Positions 14,560-27,833 of a stretch of DNA of 64,000 bases are shown in pieces. The DNA lies in the NCBI RefSeq assembly GCF_006345805.1, contig NC_043022.1, positions 16,678,001-16,742,000 of the forward strand, read 5' to 3'. Under the pieces are notes generated by a model that saw nothing but the letters and a program-made list of their open reading frames with translations, searched no databases and was not told the origin of the DNA. The position numbers and the translations under genes were made by a program. How positions within the stretch are numbered: the first letter of the stretch is position 1; the number at the start of each line of letters is the position of its first letter. The stretch comes from Octopus sinensis. Its lineage: Eukaryota.

Positions 14560-15151
14560 GTATGATAATAATAATATGAGGGAATATTATTCCAAACTTG
14601 CAGGGAAAAATTCAATTTAGAAATACTAAATCAAATTTCACAAAATATAATATATATATATATAAATTAGAAAAAAAAATACACTTGTCACTGTTTTATG
14701 GTGCCAGTTTTAATATATAGACTATTTTATCAAATCTTTGTATATCTAAGTCCAAAAGAACAAAGATCAGTGCCTGTTAGGAAGGGCACTGTTATGCTAA
14801 TGTGTCCATCTGTTTTAATTAAATTAAATTCGATGTTTTTATGCAACTGAGGATTGCTCTGCATCTAAATTGATGTAATGATTGCAAGTGGCTAAGTACT
14901 CCACAGACACACATTCACTTAACTTAGTTTTCAGGATGATTCAGTGTGATGCACAATGTGGTAAGGCTGGTCCTTTGAATTACAAGTACAGCTCAGTTTT
15001 GGTAGTTGAATAGAGCGGAGCAGCAGGAAGTGAAGTGTCTTGCTGAAGGACACAATGTGTCACACACCAGGTATCAAACTCAGGACTTTACAAGTGTGAG
15101 CTAAATACCCTAACCACTCAGCTACATGCTTTCACAATACATACACACACA

Positions 15152-15237
<86 letters not shown>

Positions 15238-15320
15238 GTATATATATATATGTTGTATATATATATATTGTGTGTGTATGTATATGTATATATGTATGTA
15301 TATATGTATATATATGTATG

Positions 15321-15353
<33 letters not shown>

Positions 15354-15385
15354 GTGTATGTATATATATATATTATATATATATT

Positions 15386-15418
<33 letters not shown>

Positions 15419-16003
15419 ATATAGTGTATGTATATATATAGTGTATGTATATATATATATATGTGTATGTATATATATGTGTATGTACGTGTGAACATAC
15501 ATAACTTCTTTGCAGACTTTTACCATTTAAACAAAAAGAGAGAAGAACTTCCAATGCCTCCCCCCAACCCACCCCACCTCCGCCACCCTCTTCAATTAGT
15601 TTCAACTCTATTTACCTGTTTATATTTCTTCGGTTTATAGAAATTAATTATCCATTCATAATTATCTCAAATAAATGAAATAATATTGTTATTGTGATTC
15701 CCTCACCTTTTGCCGATTCTTTCTTCGGCGTCTTTTGTCACTTTTGCATCTTGAAAGAATTCTCTTGTCAAATAATCACATTGAACTTTTGGCATTGATT
15801 ATGTCAATGGGGGGGGGCAGGGGGTGATAGTGGCAGCACTCTTATTGATTACCAAAGATTTTCAATAAGATAACCTCACCACCACCACCACCACCACCAC
15901 CTTATTAATTACGTACGTCAGAATGTATATCCAAGAGAATGCCACTTACAGCTATATATACGTCTATCTGTATGTGTGTGTGTATGTTTGTACATACATA
16001 CGA

Positions 16004-16040
<37 letters not shown>

Positions 16041-16041
16041 C

Positions 16042-16072
<31 letters not shown>

Positions 16073-16188
16073 GATACATATATATATACATATATATATA
16101 TATATAGATATACATATATATATATATATATATATGTATGTATATATATATATATATCCTCGTATGTATGTACAAACATACACACACA

Positions 16189-16240
<52 letters not shown>

Positions 16241-16243
<3 letters not shown>

Positions 16244-16400
16244 CAATGCTTGCTTTTATGTTCAGTTGTAATAAAAACAATTTTACATTAATCTGGGTTA
16301 GGCTATGCTTTTGTAGGGAACAAATTTATTATTCTTCAATGAGAATAGTGACTTCGAAGTTTCAGCCAGTTACACCATCATCAGATGATGGCTTAACTTC
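16241..16400 (-). mobile_element. Penelope-like terminal fragment with hammerhead ribozyme core
   Basis: Minus strand reads CTGATGA tggtgtaactggct GAAA cttcgaag TC actat, followed by AATAAA and (TA)n. Homologous copy at 45130-45320. Confidence 0.65.
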
Positions 16401-16434
16401 TTATATGTATACATACATGTATTTATATATATGC

Positions 16435-17000
16435 CTGTCTGGCTCCCATGCTGCCGGTGGCACATAAAATGCACCATCCGAGTGTGGCTGATGCCAGTGC
16501 CGCCTGACTGGCCCCTGTGCTGGTGGTATGTAAAAAGCACCCACTACACTCTTGGAGTGGTTGGTGTTAGGAAGGGCATCCAGCTATAGAAACCTTGCCA
16601 GATCAGACTGGAGATTGGGGCAGCCTTTGGCTCACCAGTCCTCAGTCAAACCGTCCAACCCATGCCAGCATGGAAAGCAGACATTAAATGATGATGATAA
16701 TGTATAAATAATCATCATCGTTTAACGTCCATCATCCATGCAGGCATGAGTATGATGGTTGACGGGAACCAGCCAGGTAGAAAAACTGCCAGAGGCTACT
16801 GTGTCTGTTTTGGCAGGGATTTTACAAGTAGATGCCCTTCCTAACACCAACCTCTCCACAGAGTGGACTCAGTGCTTTTTACATGGCACTATCACGGGTG
16901 AGGTCAGCTTTGGTATGGTTTTTATAACTGGATGCCCTTCCAGATGCCAACCACTTTACAGTGTGGACTGGATGCTTTTAACATGGCATCAGCACTGACA
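16435..17000. mobile_element. Two family D retroposons tail-to-tail (+ 16435-16701, - 16713-17000)
   Basis: ccatgccagcatggaaagcagacattaaatgatgat is followed within ~15 nt by atcatcatcgtttaacgtccatcatccatgcaggcatg. Confidence 0.72.
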
Positions 17001-17658
17001 GGATAAGCAACTCGCAGGACAAGGAACTATGAGAGGGGCAGGGGCATTTGTGGAGGGGAACTTGTGTCAGAGGATGAAAGGCTAGAGTGTGACAAACAGA
17101 CAGACAGAAGCAGGTGTCTTGCCACAACAGAGGGAGGCATTAAAGGAAGTGATCTGATATCAGACGATGAAAGGTTAGAGTGTAACAGAGAAATAAAGAG
17201 GCAGAAATAGGTGTCTTGCTACAGAGGAGGTACATGGTTACCCAGTGAGAGAGGGAGAGAGAGAGAAAGGTATGTAGGCACATGTTTATACACACACACA
17301 TATACCATTATAATAATTTTATATTTGTTTAACCCTAATTATGATATTTTACCCCAAGAGAGATATCAAAGCTAGGTAAACTGTAATCATCCCACCGTTT
17401 CCCAAGGTGTCGTACATCCAAGACTACATTATGTAATGTTTCCTTCCTTTTATAAGACTCTAGGGTATAATGTGGGGTAGATTTTGCTGCTGTTCTAAGC
17501 ATGTAAAGACCACCCCATCTGTCTTTGATCTGTGTGTGAGTCTCTGTATCCGTTTAAATTTTGTAGAATCAAATTTGTCTTTCTGTTGCCCTTTTCTATC
17601 TCCGTAACTCTTTACTTTTCTCTGGCAGATGGTTCCTCATTCTAATCAGTACCATTTC

Positions 17659-17689
<31 letters not shown>

Positions 17690-18273
17690 TGTGTGTGTGG
17701 GGGTGTATATATGTATGTATATATATGTGTGTGTGTATGAATATATAAATATATATATATATATTAAATTGACTTTGAAAGCATTTGAAATCTGTTCTTT
17801 GTTAATATTATTACAACCACGAGTGATCAGAGAGAGAGAAAGAGATTGAGACAAAGAGAGAGAGAGAGATTGAGAGAGAGAGAGGTGATTGCTATGTGTG
17901 GAGCTTTCAGCCAGTGTTGCATTGCCTAATCAAATCGTTCAGATGTGGTTCCACTTGATTTGCCTCGCTTTACCCAGGTGAAATAAGTTAATTATTTCAC
18001 CAAGATAACTGGAATTATCCACTTCCTGCAAATCCTTTGATAAGTCGAAGGTCTTCAGTGCTTGGCTGATCATTTGATCTGCTCTGATGCTCTCTGAGTA
18101 TTTTGCTGAAACTCTAACACTTCGTTATAATAATAATACATTATGTAAATTTAATCCAAACATATCTGTGTGTATTTATACAGGCAGGCAGGTAAGTAGG
18201 TGTATATTTATATATAGGATGTATGCATATGTTTATATATATATATACATATCTATATATATGTATACATATT

Positions 18274-18347
<74 letters not shown>

Positions 18348-18995
18348 AATATATATATATATATATGCATGTGTATGCATAAATATTTTAATATTTTACA
18401 AATGATCTTGAGGAAATGTCTTTAATCTAGCCGTTTGTTGGTCACTTGTTAAGTCTTTTGGTTATATTCGGTTATAGATTCGAATATTATTTCTTCATAA
18501 GGTTTAATATAATACACTGCCATACCATACTTCATGGTAAATACAGAATAGATATCATTCTTCTTTCATATATATATATATATATACATAAACATACATA
18601 CATACATACACACGCACATGCATGAATAAATATATATTAACTTCTAACAATTGGTTATTAGTATCATTATGCTTAAGTGAAATGCCATATATATACATAT
18701 ATATATAGACCCATGTGGCATGCTTGAACAATTGTGATGATCTGTTACATGAAACCATTGGTTGCTTAGTTAATCCACAAATAAAGTATATATATATATG
18801 CACATCATTCTCACTTTATATCTGAGTGACTGAAGTTATCAATGGTTTCTTCATGAAATAATATTTAAGAAAACAGATTTTTTTTAAAAATCAAATGTTA
18901 AAAAAAAAAGACTGATTTTGTAAACTTGAATGAATTTTTCTTGTTCTTTATCATTGTTTTTATATTTTTTTCCCCTCTTATTTTTGCAATTTCAG

Positions 18996-19131
18996 ACCTC
19001 CCAGTGGGTCAATGTTGCTTTACAGCCGCAACAAGGTCCGCTATCGCAAAGATGGCTACTGCTGGAAGAAACGAAAAGATGGCAAAACAATTCGAGAGGA
19101 TCATATGAAATTGAAAGTACAGGGACTTGAG
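18996..19131 (+). CDS. CAMTA: CAMTA internal coding exon (CG-1 core), 136 bp
   Basis: tttttgcaatttcag acceptor and GAG|gtaaga donor. Translates (R)PPSGSMLLYSRNKVRYRKDGYCWKKRKDGKTIREDHMKLKVQGLE, which contains the diagnostic RKDGYCWKKRKDGKT.REDHMKLKV CG-1 motif. Confidence 0.97.
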
Positions 19132-20404
19132 GTAAGACGACTGTGGAATTTCATTTTTCTCATCTTGAATATTGAACACCATTTCTGGACCTTTATACTG
19201 TAGTAAAAATATTCACGCTTTAAAGTTAAACATTTCTTTCCTTGACTGGGTTTTTATTGCTTTTGGTTTGTCAACAGGTCTTGGCATTTGCGGCATCAAC
19301 TGTGGCAGGCAGAGAGTTAACTTGCTTTTTTTTATGTCAGGTTTCCACATCGAATAGCAATATTATCTGCTGCTATATCACAGCTCAGGGGAAGATGGAT
19401 GTGGCACGGAGGTTGGAGATGAGTTTAGGCTTTTCTTTTTAGTTTTTGTTAGTTTTTTTTTTGGTTCTTTGGTTTTAAAATGTTACAGTATAGGGTTGTG
19501 ATTCATTGGAATATATACATACCGTATATATATATATTATCTATATATATATATTATATATATTGTGTGTGTGTATGTATCTAAATACATATGTATATAC
19601 GTATATGTATATCTATATATATCTATGTATATATATGGTATGTATATGTACTATATTATGTATCTATATATACTATATTATATATATATATACGTATATA
19701 CATATGTATATATATATATATATGTGTATATGTATGTATATACATATATATGCATGTATGTATGTATGTATATATATATAATATATATACACACACACAT
19801 ATGCACGCATTTACATGCATGTACATGTGTGTGTGTGTACTGCAGTGAATACTTCTCCAGTTCTCTGTAGCATGGAGAAACAGACAGTGGTGGTGGTGGT
19901 GGGTGACTGCCAACGTAGTGGTGGTCACAATAGTGTTGGCAGCTCTATTGTTTATGATATATGTGACTGTTAAAATGATGGATGTTTTTACCAATTCAAA
20001 ACTATTGTCTGGACACTGGAAATATCCCGTTACATTCCACTGATATCAAACCAAATCACTCTCCTCATATTTTCCACTCAAAATAAACTCACAAAATTCT
20101 TTCTACGTCAGGGAAAAAGTATTTTTTTGTTTCTTTGAGAAAACACTGGGAACTGTGTTCCTCAACTGGACATTATCTCAGAATGTTGAAACTTCCCACT
20201 GGCTCAGCCCAGGTTTATATTGTAGGCTTCTCTGGCCAACTGAGAGCTGAGTTTTCAATCCATCATACTATGCCAAACATACACTGTCTGTCTGTCTGTT
20301 TGTCTCCCAATGTGCCTAATCTAAAGAATACTTCTTAGAGATTTAAATATATATATATATATATATATATAAATATATATCTATATATATATATATATAC
20401 TATA

Positions 20405-20718
20405 TACAAAATAAGAAAATGGAGGAATATATTTTAATCAATCATCAACTACTAGATAACACCAATTCATAATAAATTATATGAATTGGTATTATCTGGT
20501 AGTTGATGATTGATTAAAATATATCCCTCCATTTTCTTATTTTTTGTATTATGTATTTGAGGTAAAACATTTTACCTTCGCCCATCTAATACAATAAATG
20601 AATTAATTGCATTGCAATTCTTAGCATTTATGTATTAGCATTTCTGGGTGCTTTACTGGCAGTATTTTGGATATATGTTATCCCATAGAGGGTTACACTC
20701 ACAACCCCTATCTCACTT

Positions 20719-20720
<2 letters not shown>
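20405..20720 (+). mobile_element. Fold-back element inside (TA)n, unclassified
   Basis: ~65-bp inverted repeat (20405-20471 vs 20480-20548) followed by a unique tail. Both ends are shared with 8670-8785. Confidence 0.55.
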
Positions 20721-20800
<80 letters not shown>

Positions 20801-21993
20801 CTATATATACTAAATATATATACTATATATAAATATATAGTATTGGGTATATTATTAGTTTTTATTTAATCTAGTAATCTCATCTTGTCTTATTTAAATA
20901 TTATGGGGTAGTTGAATACATTTGTTGACCAAAGCAATTCTTTCTCACTCACTCTATATATGTGGGTGGGTGTGCATACACATACGCATTCATACACACA
21001 CACACATGTATATATGCTTATACATACCTTTATACACTCATACACATAAATATTCATACATACACATACAATATCTATACGTGTTTTTACATATACATAT
21101 ATAAACACATACACGTACATATATACAAACATATACATATGCATATACAAATATATTTATAAATACACACGAGTGTATGAATATATATTCATCTAGAGTC
21201 ACCTCGTTACAAAAATTGATTGGTTTTGTTGATCTGATCATTTCAGAAAATAGTCATTAAATGGTATTTAATCTTAATGACTGGACAGTGGCGGTGGTGG
21301 TGGGGGTGGTGGTGGGGGTGGTGGTGGCGGCAGTGAATTTATGAATATGTTGAAATATCTCGACTAGATGGTCAGATATACGAATATATTGAAATATATC
21401 ATCAGTCTAACGAACGGAGGAACCAATTAAATAAAAGAAACAAACACAAAGACAATATTATTTCTTTAAAAAAGAGAAAAGTATATTAGTGGAGGTTATT
21501 TATTTCCGATAGATCAATACAGCTTTAAATACTTAATTTTGAAGTCACTCATCACTCACACATCACCCAATGATCATCAGTCAAGCTGTTTTCAGATAAG
21601 GTTTTTATTGGTAAAACATCGACTTACATCTCTCATATCTCGGGTAATAATCACATAATACACAGGGGTGGTGTTTAGGGGTAGGATGAAGGGCTGTCTG
21701 CTGCTGAACGCCAGGGACTTAATATCACCAGTCATGTGATGATAAAAGTAGCAGAAACAACATCATTAAGCAGGGTTGTTGACCGCATCTGTAAATATTC
21801 CTTGCACTCTGCTGGTTACAACAATGAGGGGTTCCAGTTGATCTGATCATTGGAACAGTTTGCTTGTGAAATGAATGAACAAGTGGCTGAGTACTCCACA
21901 GACACATGTTCTCAGAGTGATTCAGCATGATACAGAATGTGACAAGGCTGGCCTTTTCAATTACAGGTGTAACACATTTCTGACAGCTGACTG

Positions 21994-22078
<85 letters not shown>

Positions 22079-22313
22079 CTTATACAGTCTCTCCTTCCTC
22101 CTTTTCTCTCTCTCTCTCTCCCTCTCATTCCTCTCCCACCCAACTTCATCTCTATGTTTCTATCCATCTAATGTACATTAAACAACTACCAGTAATATAC
22201 TTGGGACGACTAAATTAGCTTATGTCCTTCCATCATGGAAATTAATCTCATTCGTTATTGAAAGAATTAATAAAATGGAGTGAATCGTGATTAAATTCTT
22301 ACACTAACAATAG

Positions 22314-22344
<31 letters not shown>

Positions 22345-23010
22345 TTATCTTAGTTTAATAATTAATAATAATCATAATTATGATGAAATCAATTTCTTCA
22401 ATAGTCAGCTGACCAAAGTGAATGATAAATTGTGTTAAATCAACTTAGCTTGATTACTGGTGGTTTGTGTTAATTGAGTTGCAAGAGGTCAAGAGGTCAA
22501 GAGAAACTGGGGCGGGGAATGGAAACCAGAAGATGAATTTTACATGGCATGATACACACACACACATTTGGGCACTAGTGTGGGTATAGGTTCATTTCAC
22601 AGCTAAGTAGTTTTGGGTTCAATCCCGTTGCACAGCAGTTTGGATAATTGTCTTCTTTTATAGCAATGGGCACACCAAAAACTTGTGAGTGGATTTGGTA
22701 GATGGAAACTGAAAGAAGCCTGTCACATGCATGAGTGAGTGTGTGCATACTCATGTCTCCTTGTGCTGAAACTATACACTAATTGTAAACAAGTATCCCT
22801 GTCATACAAGCAGTGTGGCTCATTTGCTGTATTGTAAGGAATCAATGTAAAAGGAATTCATTTTATCAACCCTGAAAGAATGAAAGATAAAAAATGATTT
22901 TGGTGTAATTTGAACTCGGATCATTAAGGGCCAGAAGAAATACTGCAAATAAGTTTGTCCTTTGTTCTAACAACTCTATTAAACCACCACTCTAACAGCA
23001 ACAACAACAG

Positions 23011-23041
<31 letters not shown>

Positions 23042-23203
23042 AATAATTATAATAATAATCCTTTCCACTTATAGGCACAAAGCCTGAGATTTGAGGGAGG
23101 GGACTAATCAATTACATCAGCCCCAGTGTTTCACTGGTACTTAATTTATGGACCTGTGTCAATAGATTCTGCCAGCTTGCCACCTTTATAATAATGAAAA
23201 TGA

Positions 23204-23250
<47 letters not shown>

Positions 23251-23950
23251 TAGTGGTGGTGTATAAAATTCTTGAAAATTGATTTGAAATCATATAAAAA
23301 TGTCTATTGACACAGGTTGAAGAATAATATTTCTATTTCATTTTGGCTTACTCTAAAATAATTAATCTCTAGGTTTTGTCTTATTTTTCTTTCACTTTTC
23401 CTCCCAAAATCGTTTGCATATGATTTTCTCCTAATTACTCTCTAATAAAACACAGTTATTGAGCTAAGAAGATATTTGGGAATTTGCTCATAATTACTCC
23501 AACCCAGACAGCGATGTTGTTGTCTTAGATGTTAGACATTTCCTATCATTATTATTATAATTATTATTATTATCATTACTATTATTATTATTATCATTAC
23601 TATTATTATTATTATTATTATCATTATTATTATCATTCAATGATCACTGTATCCTAGACGTAATTATACATCAACTCTTCATATCATGCTTCTTTAAACA
23701 TCACAAACCGCTAAATACCTTTCCATCTCTGACCTCAGGCCTGAAACATTGAAATTAGTGAAACTTGCCAAAAAATCACAACCCATATATTTATTGGTGA
23801 CTTTAGAACCAGTTATGCATTGTACATTAGAAATTCACTGTCATGTATGCGCACATGCACAGTTGCATATTATACGCGTGTGCGTGTATGTGTGTGTGTA
23901 CATATATATATATATATATATATGTTAATAATTAAGGGTACTAACAAGCA

Positions 23951-24333
23951 TGGAGGCGCATTGGCCCAGTGGTTAGGGCAGCGGACTCGCGGTCGTAGGA
24001 TCGCGGTTTCAATTCCCAGACCGGGCGTTGTGAGTGTTTATTGAGCGAAAACACCTAAAGCTCCACGAGGCTCGGCAGGGATGGTGGTGATCCCTGCTGT
24101 ACTCTTTCACCACAACTTCTCTCAATCTTTCTTCTGTTTCTGTTGTACCTGTATTTCAAAGGCCGGCCTTGTCACACTCTCTGTGTCACGATGAATATCC
24201 CCGAGAACTACGTTAAGGGTACACGTGTCTGTGGAGTGCTCAGCCACTTACACGTTAATTTCACGAGCAGGCTGTTCTGTTGATCGGATCAACCGGAACC
24301 CTCATCGTCGTAACCGACGGAGTGCTTCCATCC
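23951..24333 (+). mobile_element. Young full-length tRNA-derived SINE (family B variant) with 11-bp TSD
   Basis: A box tggcccagtggttagg and B-box-like ggtttcaattccc; CpG-rich. Direct repeat actaacaagca at 23940-23950 and 24334-24344. Confidence 0.9.
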
Positions 24334-24639
24334 ACTAACAAGCAGTACCGGCATGCTAACATAGCAGTCAAAATTACCAAACCACAAGTTTTCACTTAAA
24401 CACAAAGGTGAAATTGGACAAATAAGTAAAAGCCTTAAGACCCCATACCAATGAGGAAAATATTCGGAAAATTTAAAAAGTCAGACATATATATATAGTA
24501 AAAGGTGGGGTATAATATCCAGGTAGATTCTGAATTTCTCTGAGTCAACGCTGGTTCCTTCTGATGGTGTGTTTTATGGTAAATTTCCTTTACACGGTGG
24601 TGTGTATATATATATATGTGTGTGTGTATATGTGTGTCT

Positions 24640-24792
24640 TCCATTTAAAGCCTTAGGCTGACCAAAGACTTGTGAGTAGATTTGGTAGACAGAAATTAAA
24701 AGACACTTGTCCAAGGCACCCCACAGAGGGACTGAACCTGGGACCACGTGGTTGTGAAGCAAACTTCTTCCCACACAGCCACGTCTGCCTAT
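24640..24792 (-). mobile_element. Family A SINE 5' part, ~100 bp upstream of the 72-bp exon
   Basis: gacacttgtccaaggcacc..gggactgaacctgggaccacgtggttg..ccacacagccacgtctgcc is the reverse complement of the family A head. A short + strand core fragment precedes it. Confidence 0.7.
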
Positions 24793-24889
24793 GTATTTAC
24801 ATGTAATGACTTACGTTATTTGTTGTTTGTGTTGTTTGTATTGACAAAGATTATATCCCAACGTTGTTGTTCTCCTTCTCTCGTTTCAG

Positions 24890-24961
24890 TGTATTTATGG
24901 ATCATACGTACATTCAGCTATTCTGCCTACATTTCATCGTAGATGTTATTGGTTACTACAG
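24890..24961 (+). CDS. CAMTA: CAMTA internal coding exon (CG-1 domain), 72 bp
   Basis: tctccttctctcgtttcag acceptor and CAG|gtgagt donor. Translates CIYGSYVHSAILPTFHRRCYWLLQ, the segment following KVQG.E in CAMTA proteins; phase 0/0. Not in the ORF track. Confidence 0.96.
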
Positions 24962-25024
24962 GTGAGTGTTTCAATTTCTCGCTTCCTCTCACTTCCCCCC
25001 TCTCCCCCTCTCTCCCTCTCTCTT

Positions 25025-25124
25025 NNNNNNNNNNNNNNNNNNNNNNNNNNNNNNNNNNNNNNNNNNNNNNNNNNNNNNNNNNNNNNNNNNNNNNNNNNNN
25101 NNNNNNNNNNNNNNNNNNNNNNNN
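25025..25124. other. Assembly gap (100 N)
   Basis: Run of exactly 100 n after a (CT)n tract; likely a placeholder of unknown size. Confidence 0.99.
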
Positions 25125-25908
25125 CCCAAGACCATGTGGTTGGCAACCTTCTTACCACACTGCCATACCTGTGCATTCATGTATTTTGGAGTATCAAAGT
25201 TTTATCTTTTCAATATTTTGTTGTTTTTTTCCAAAATTTTTGCCTTGGGTCTCATCAGGATTATTCATGAAATGCTTATATTAATTTGTTAACCAAATTT
25301 CAGCACAAACAGGAATATTTTGAGACAGTTCCGCCACAAATTGTGTCACTGTTCAAATGTTTTCTTTTGATCATAATACTTTGTGATTCAGAAAACTCCA
25401 TTCTATTGTATCAACATTGTAATAGTTTGTATGGTCTACAAATAACCATCGAGCTCAAAAGAAATATATATATAGCAGCAGACAAAATCTCATTACTATA
25501 TACATGTATGTATGTATGTATGTATGTATGTATCTATCTATATATATATATAATATATATAGATATATATATAAATATATTATAATATATATATAGATAT
25601 TATATATGCATATATATATATATTTTTATGTATTATATATATGCATATATTTATATATATACACATACATACTGTATGTATATACATAGTATTGTGTGTG
25701 TGTGTATATGTATATAGACACACATACATAATAAGAAGAATATGAATAGAGTAGTTTTCATTCAAATTATGCTACATGTGTTTCAATAGCATGGCTGTTT
25801 ATTTGTTCACAACTTATTACGTAATGTGAGAATACATAACATGCCAGAATGCTATTGAGTTAATCACGACAATCATTGAAATCCCCACTGCTTCGTTTAT
25901 TCATGCTT

Positions 25909-25960
<52 letters not shown>

Positions 25961-26123
25961 TTTATTTAATTCAGTTGAAACCTGATGAGCTATGCTTGTT
26001 TAATGAGTCTATGAAGCTTTAAGTTGCCAGGAGCTAAATCAAGCTGTTATTAAATGAATAACTTGTGTAACTCATACCAAAAGTGTTGAGTGACACTTTC
26101 TTTCATTTGTCCACTCACTGATA

Positions 26124-26157
<34 letters not shown>

Positions 26158-27593
26158 CGTAGATATATGGTATGTTGGCTAGAATGTTATATTGTGTTTG
26201 TTCTGACTATCTGCCATTTCTGAATTCAAATCCCATCAAAGTCAATAGAAGTCCAAATTTCCTTCAGGTTTGCAATGTCTTTAAATTTCCGGTACGACAC
26301 ATTGGCTAATGTAGTTTTACATGAGGTTGTCACAACTAGAATACCCCTTGTGGTATCTGACCCAGGGCTAAACAATAATAACAACAACAGTGATTATGCT
26401 ATATAAAACAAAAATGTACAATCGGTTGATGAGGAACGAGGTAAAATGAAGCGCATCAACATTGTCGGTTCCCCTTTCCAACCATGGCTGCTCCTGTCCC
26501 TCACTCTTGTACCTGCAGTGAGACAACCCTTTTCAGTCCCTATGTTTATGCTCTAACTTCTCATCACCTGGATTAAAGCCACCTCTCTCAATACTGCAGC
26601 CCCTTCAGTTGAGGGGTCTTGTCTTGCAAGTTACTTGGTGACCTCACTGGTGCTGGTGCCACAGGAAAAGCACTCAGTACACTCTGTGGGGTGACTGGTG
26701 TCAGGAGGAGCCTCAAACTTAGAAACTATGTCAAAGCAGCCATTGGATCTTGGTGCAGCCCACCTGGTCATCCACTTCCATCAAGCCATTCAGCCTATGC
26801 TCAAATATTCAGGTTAAACAAGTTTTTCAACTCAGCTCTACTAGATGTTGAATTGTTTTATTAACAAGATCTCCTTACACATATTTTCCTTTCATCTCTC
26901 CCTTCAATTCTTCCTGTTTTAGAGATTTTCCTTTTTTAATTAACACCTTGTGTTTTAACGATAGACTCCAGTACGAACATAAAACATTAATTACCAAGAA
27001 ACTCTGTTTCGTTTAAATTAACTCAGCTTTAAAAAAAATACTCTGAGTGCATTTTCCATTCTTGTCATCTTTTACAAAATGTATTTAGCTTCTAATCCCA
27101 TTCTGTACACTGTTCTACCTTAGTAACACACGGCAACCTAATTGTTTGTGTGTTAGTAGGATGTTGTTATTTGATGTTGTTGTTGTTGTTGTTGCTGTTT
27201 GTATTTTTCTTCCTCATTTAGTTTCTGAAGAAGCTAAAAGTAATAAATAACAGAAGAAAAAAAAACCAGCTTAAATAGCAACAACAACATCAGTAACATT
27301 ATTATCCTCAATAACAACAGTAGCAAACCAACTTGCATGGATTAATCTTTAAAGATTTCCCTACACCGTGTGTATCTGTTGTTCTTTAGAATTTCCAGCA
27401 ATAATTCCTGCTGTAATTTTGTTTACCATTCCTGTTACTGTCCTTAATTACATCTTCATCTGCTTTTGTGTTTACCTACTTCCATTCCTTTACATTACAA
27501 TCACTAAACAACAAAATACAAACAAACAAAGCAAAAAAAAAAAACTTACAAACTACAATCTCTCACTCCACTCATTGTGCTGTTGTTTTTTGT

Positions 27594-27614
27594 TTATTAT
27601 CATTATTATTATTA

Positions 27615-27660
<46 letters not shown>

Positions 27661-27833
27661 ATTATTATTATTATATTATTATTATTATTATTATTATATT
27701 ATTATTATTATTAGTATTAGTATTATTATATTCTTATTATTGTTTTTATTATATTATTATTATATTAGTAGTATTATTATATTATTATTGTATTATTATA
27801 GTTATTTAGTATTATTATTAGTATTATTATTAG
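27594..27833. repeat. Long imperfect (ATT)n microsatellite
   Basis: Directly visible; explains the poly-I/L/Y ORFs at 27368 and 27468. Confidence 0.95.

Noticed and set aside
15126-16291. Long ORFs of Y/I/C/V/H/T dipeptides (also 19.5, 33.9, 43.2, 48.5 and 59.7 kb)
   Set aside because: They are translations of (TA)n/(TG)n/(CA)n microsatellites, which lack stop codons.
19012-19203. 63-aa stand-alone ORF MLLYSRNK...
   Set aside because: It is part of the spliced CAMTA exon. The ATG is internal, and the sequence after GLE is intron read-through past the gtaaga donor.
23951-24025. Possible tRNA-Arg gene
   Set aside because: No clean acceptor stem or poly-T terminator; it continues into a SINE body and is flanked by a TSD.
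25981-26030. CTGATGA motif as a hammerhead (also 8314, 21398-21404 minus, 63123)
   Set aside because: No correctly placed GAAA plus stem III and NUH site.
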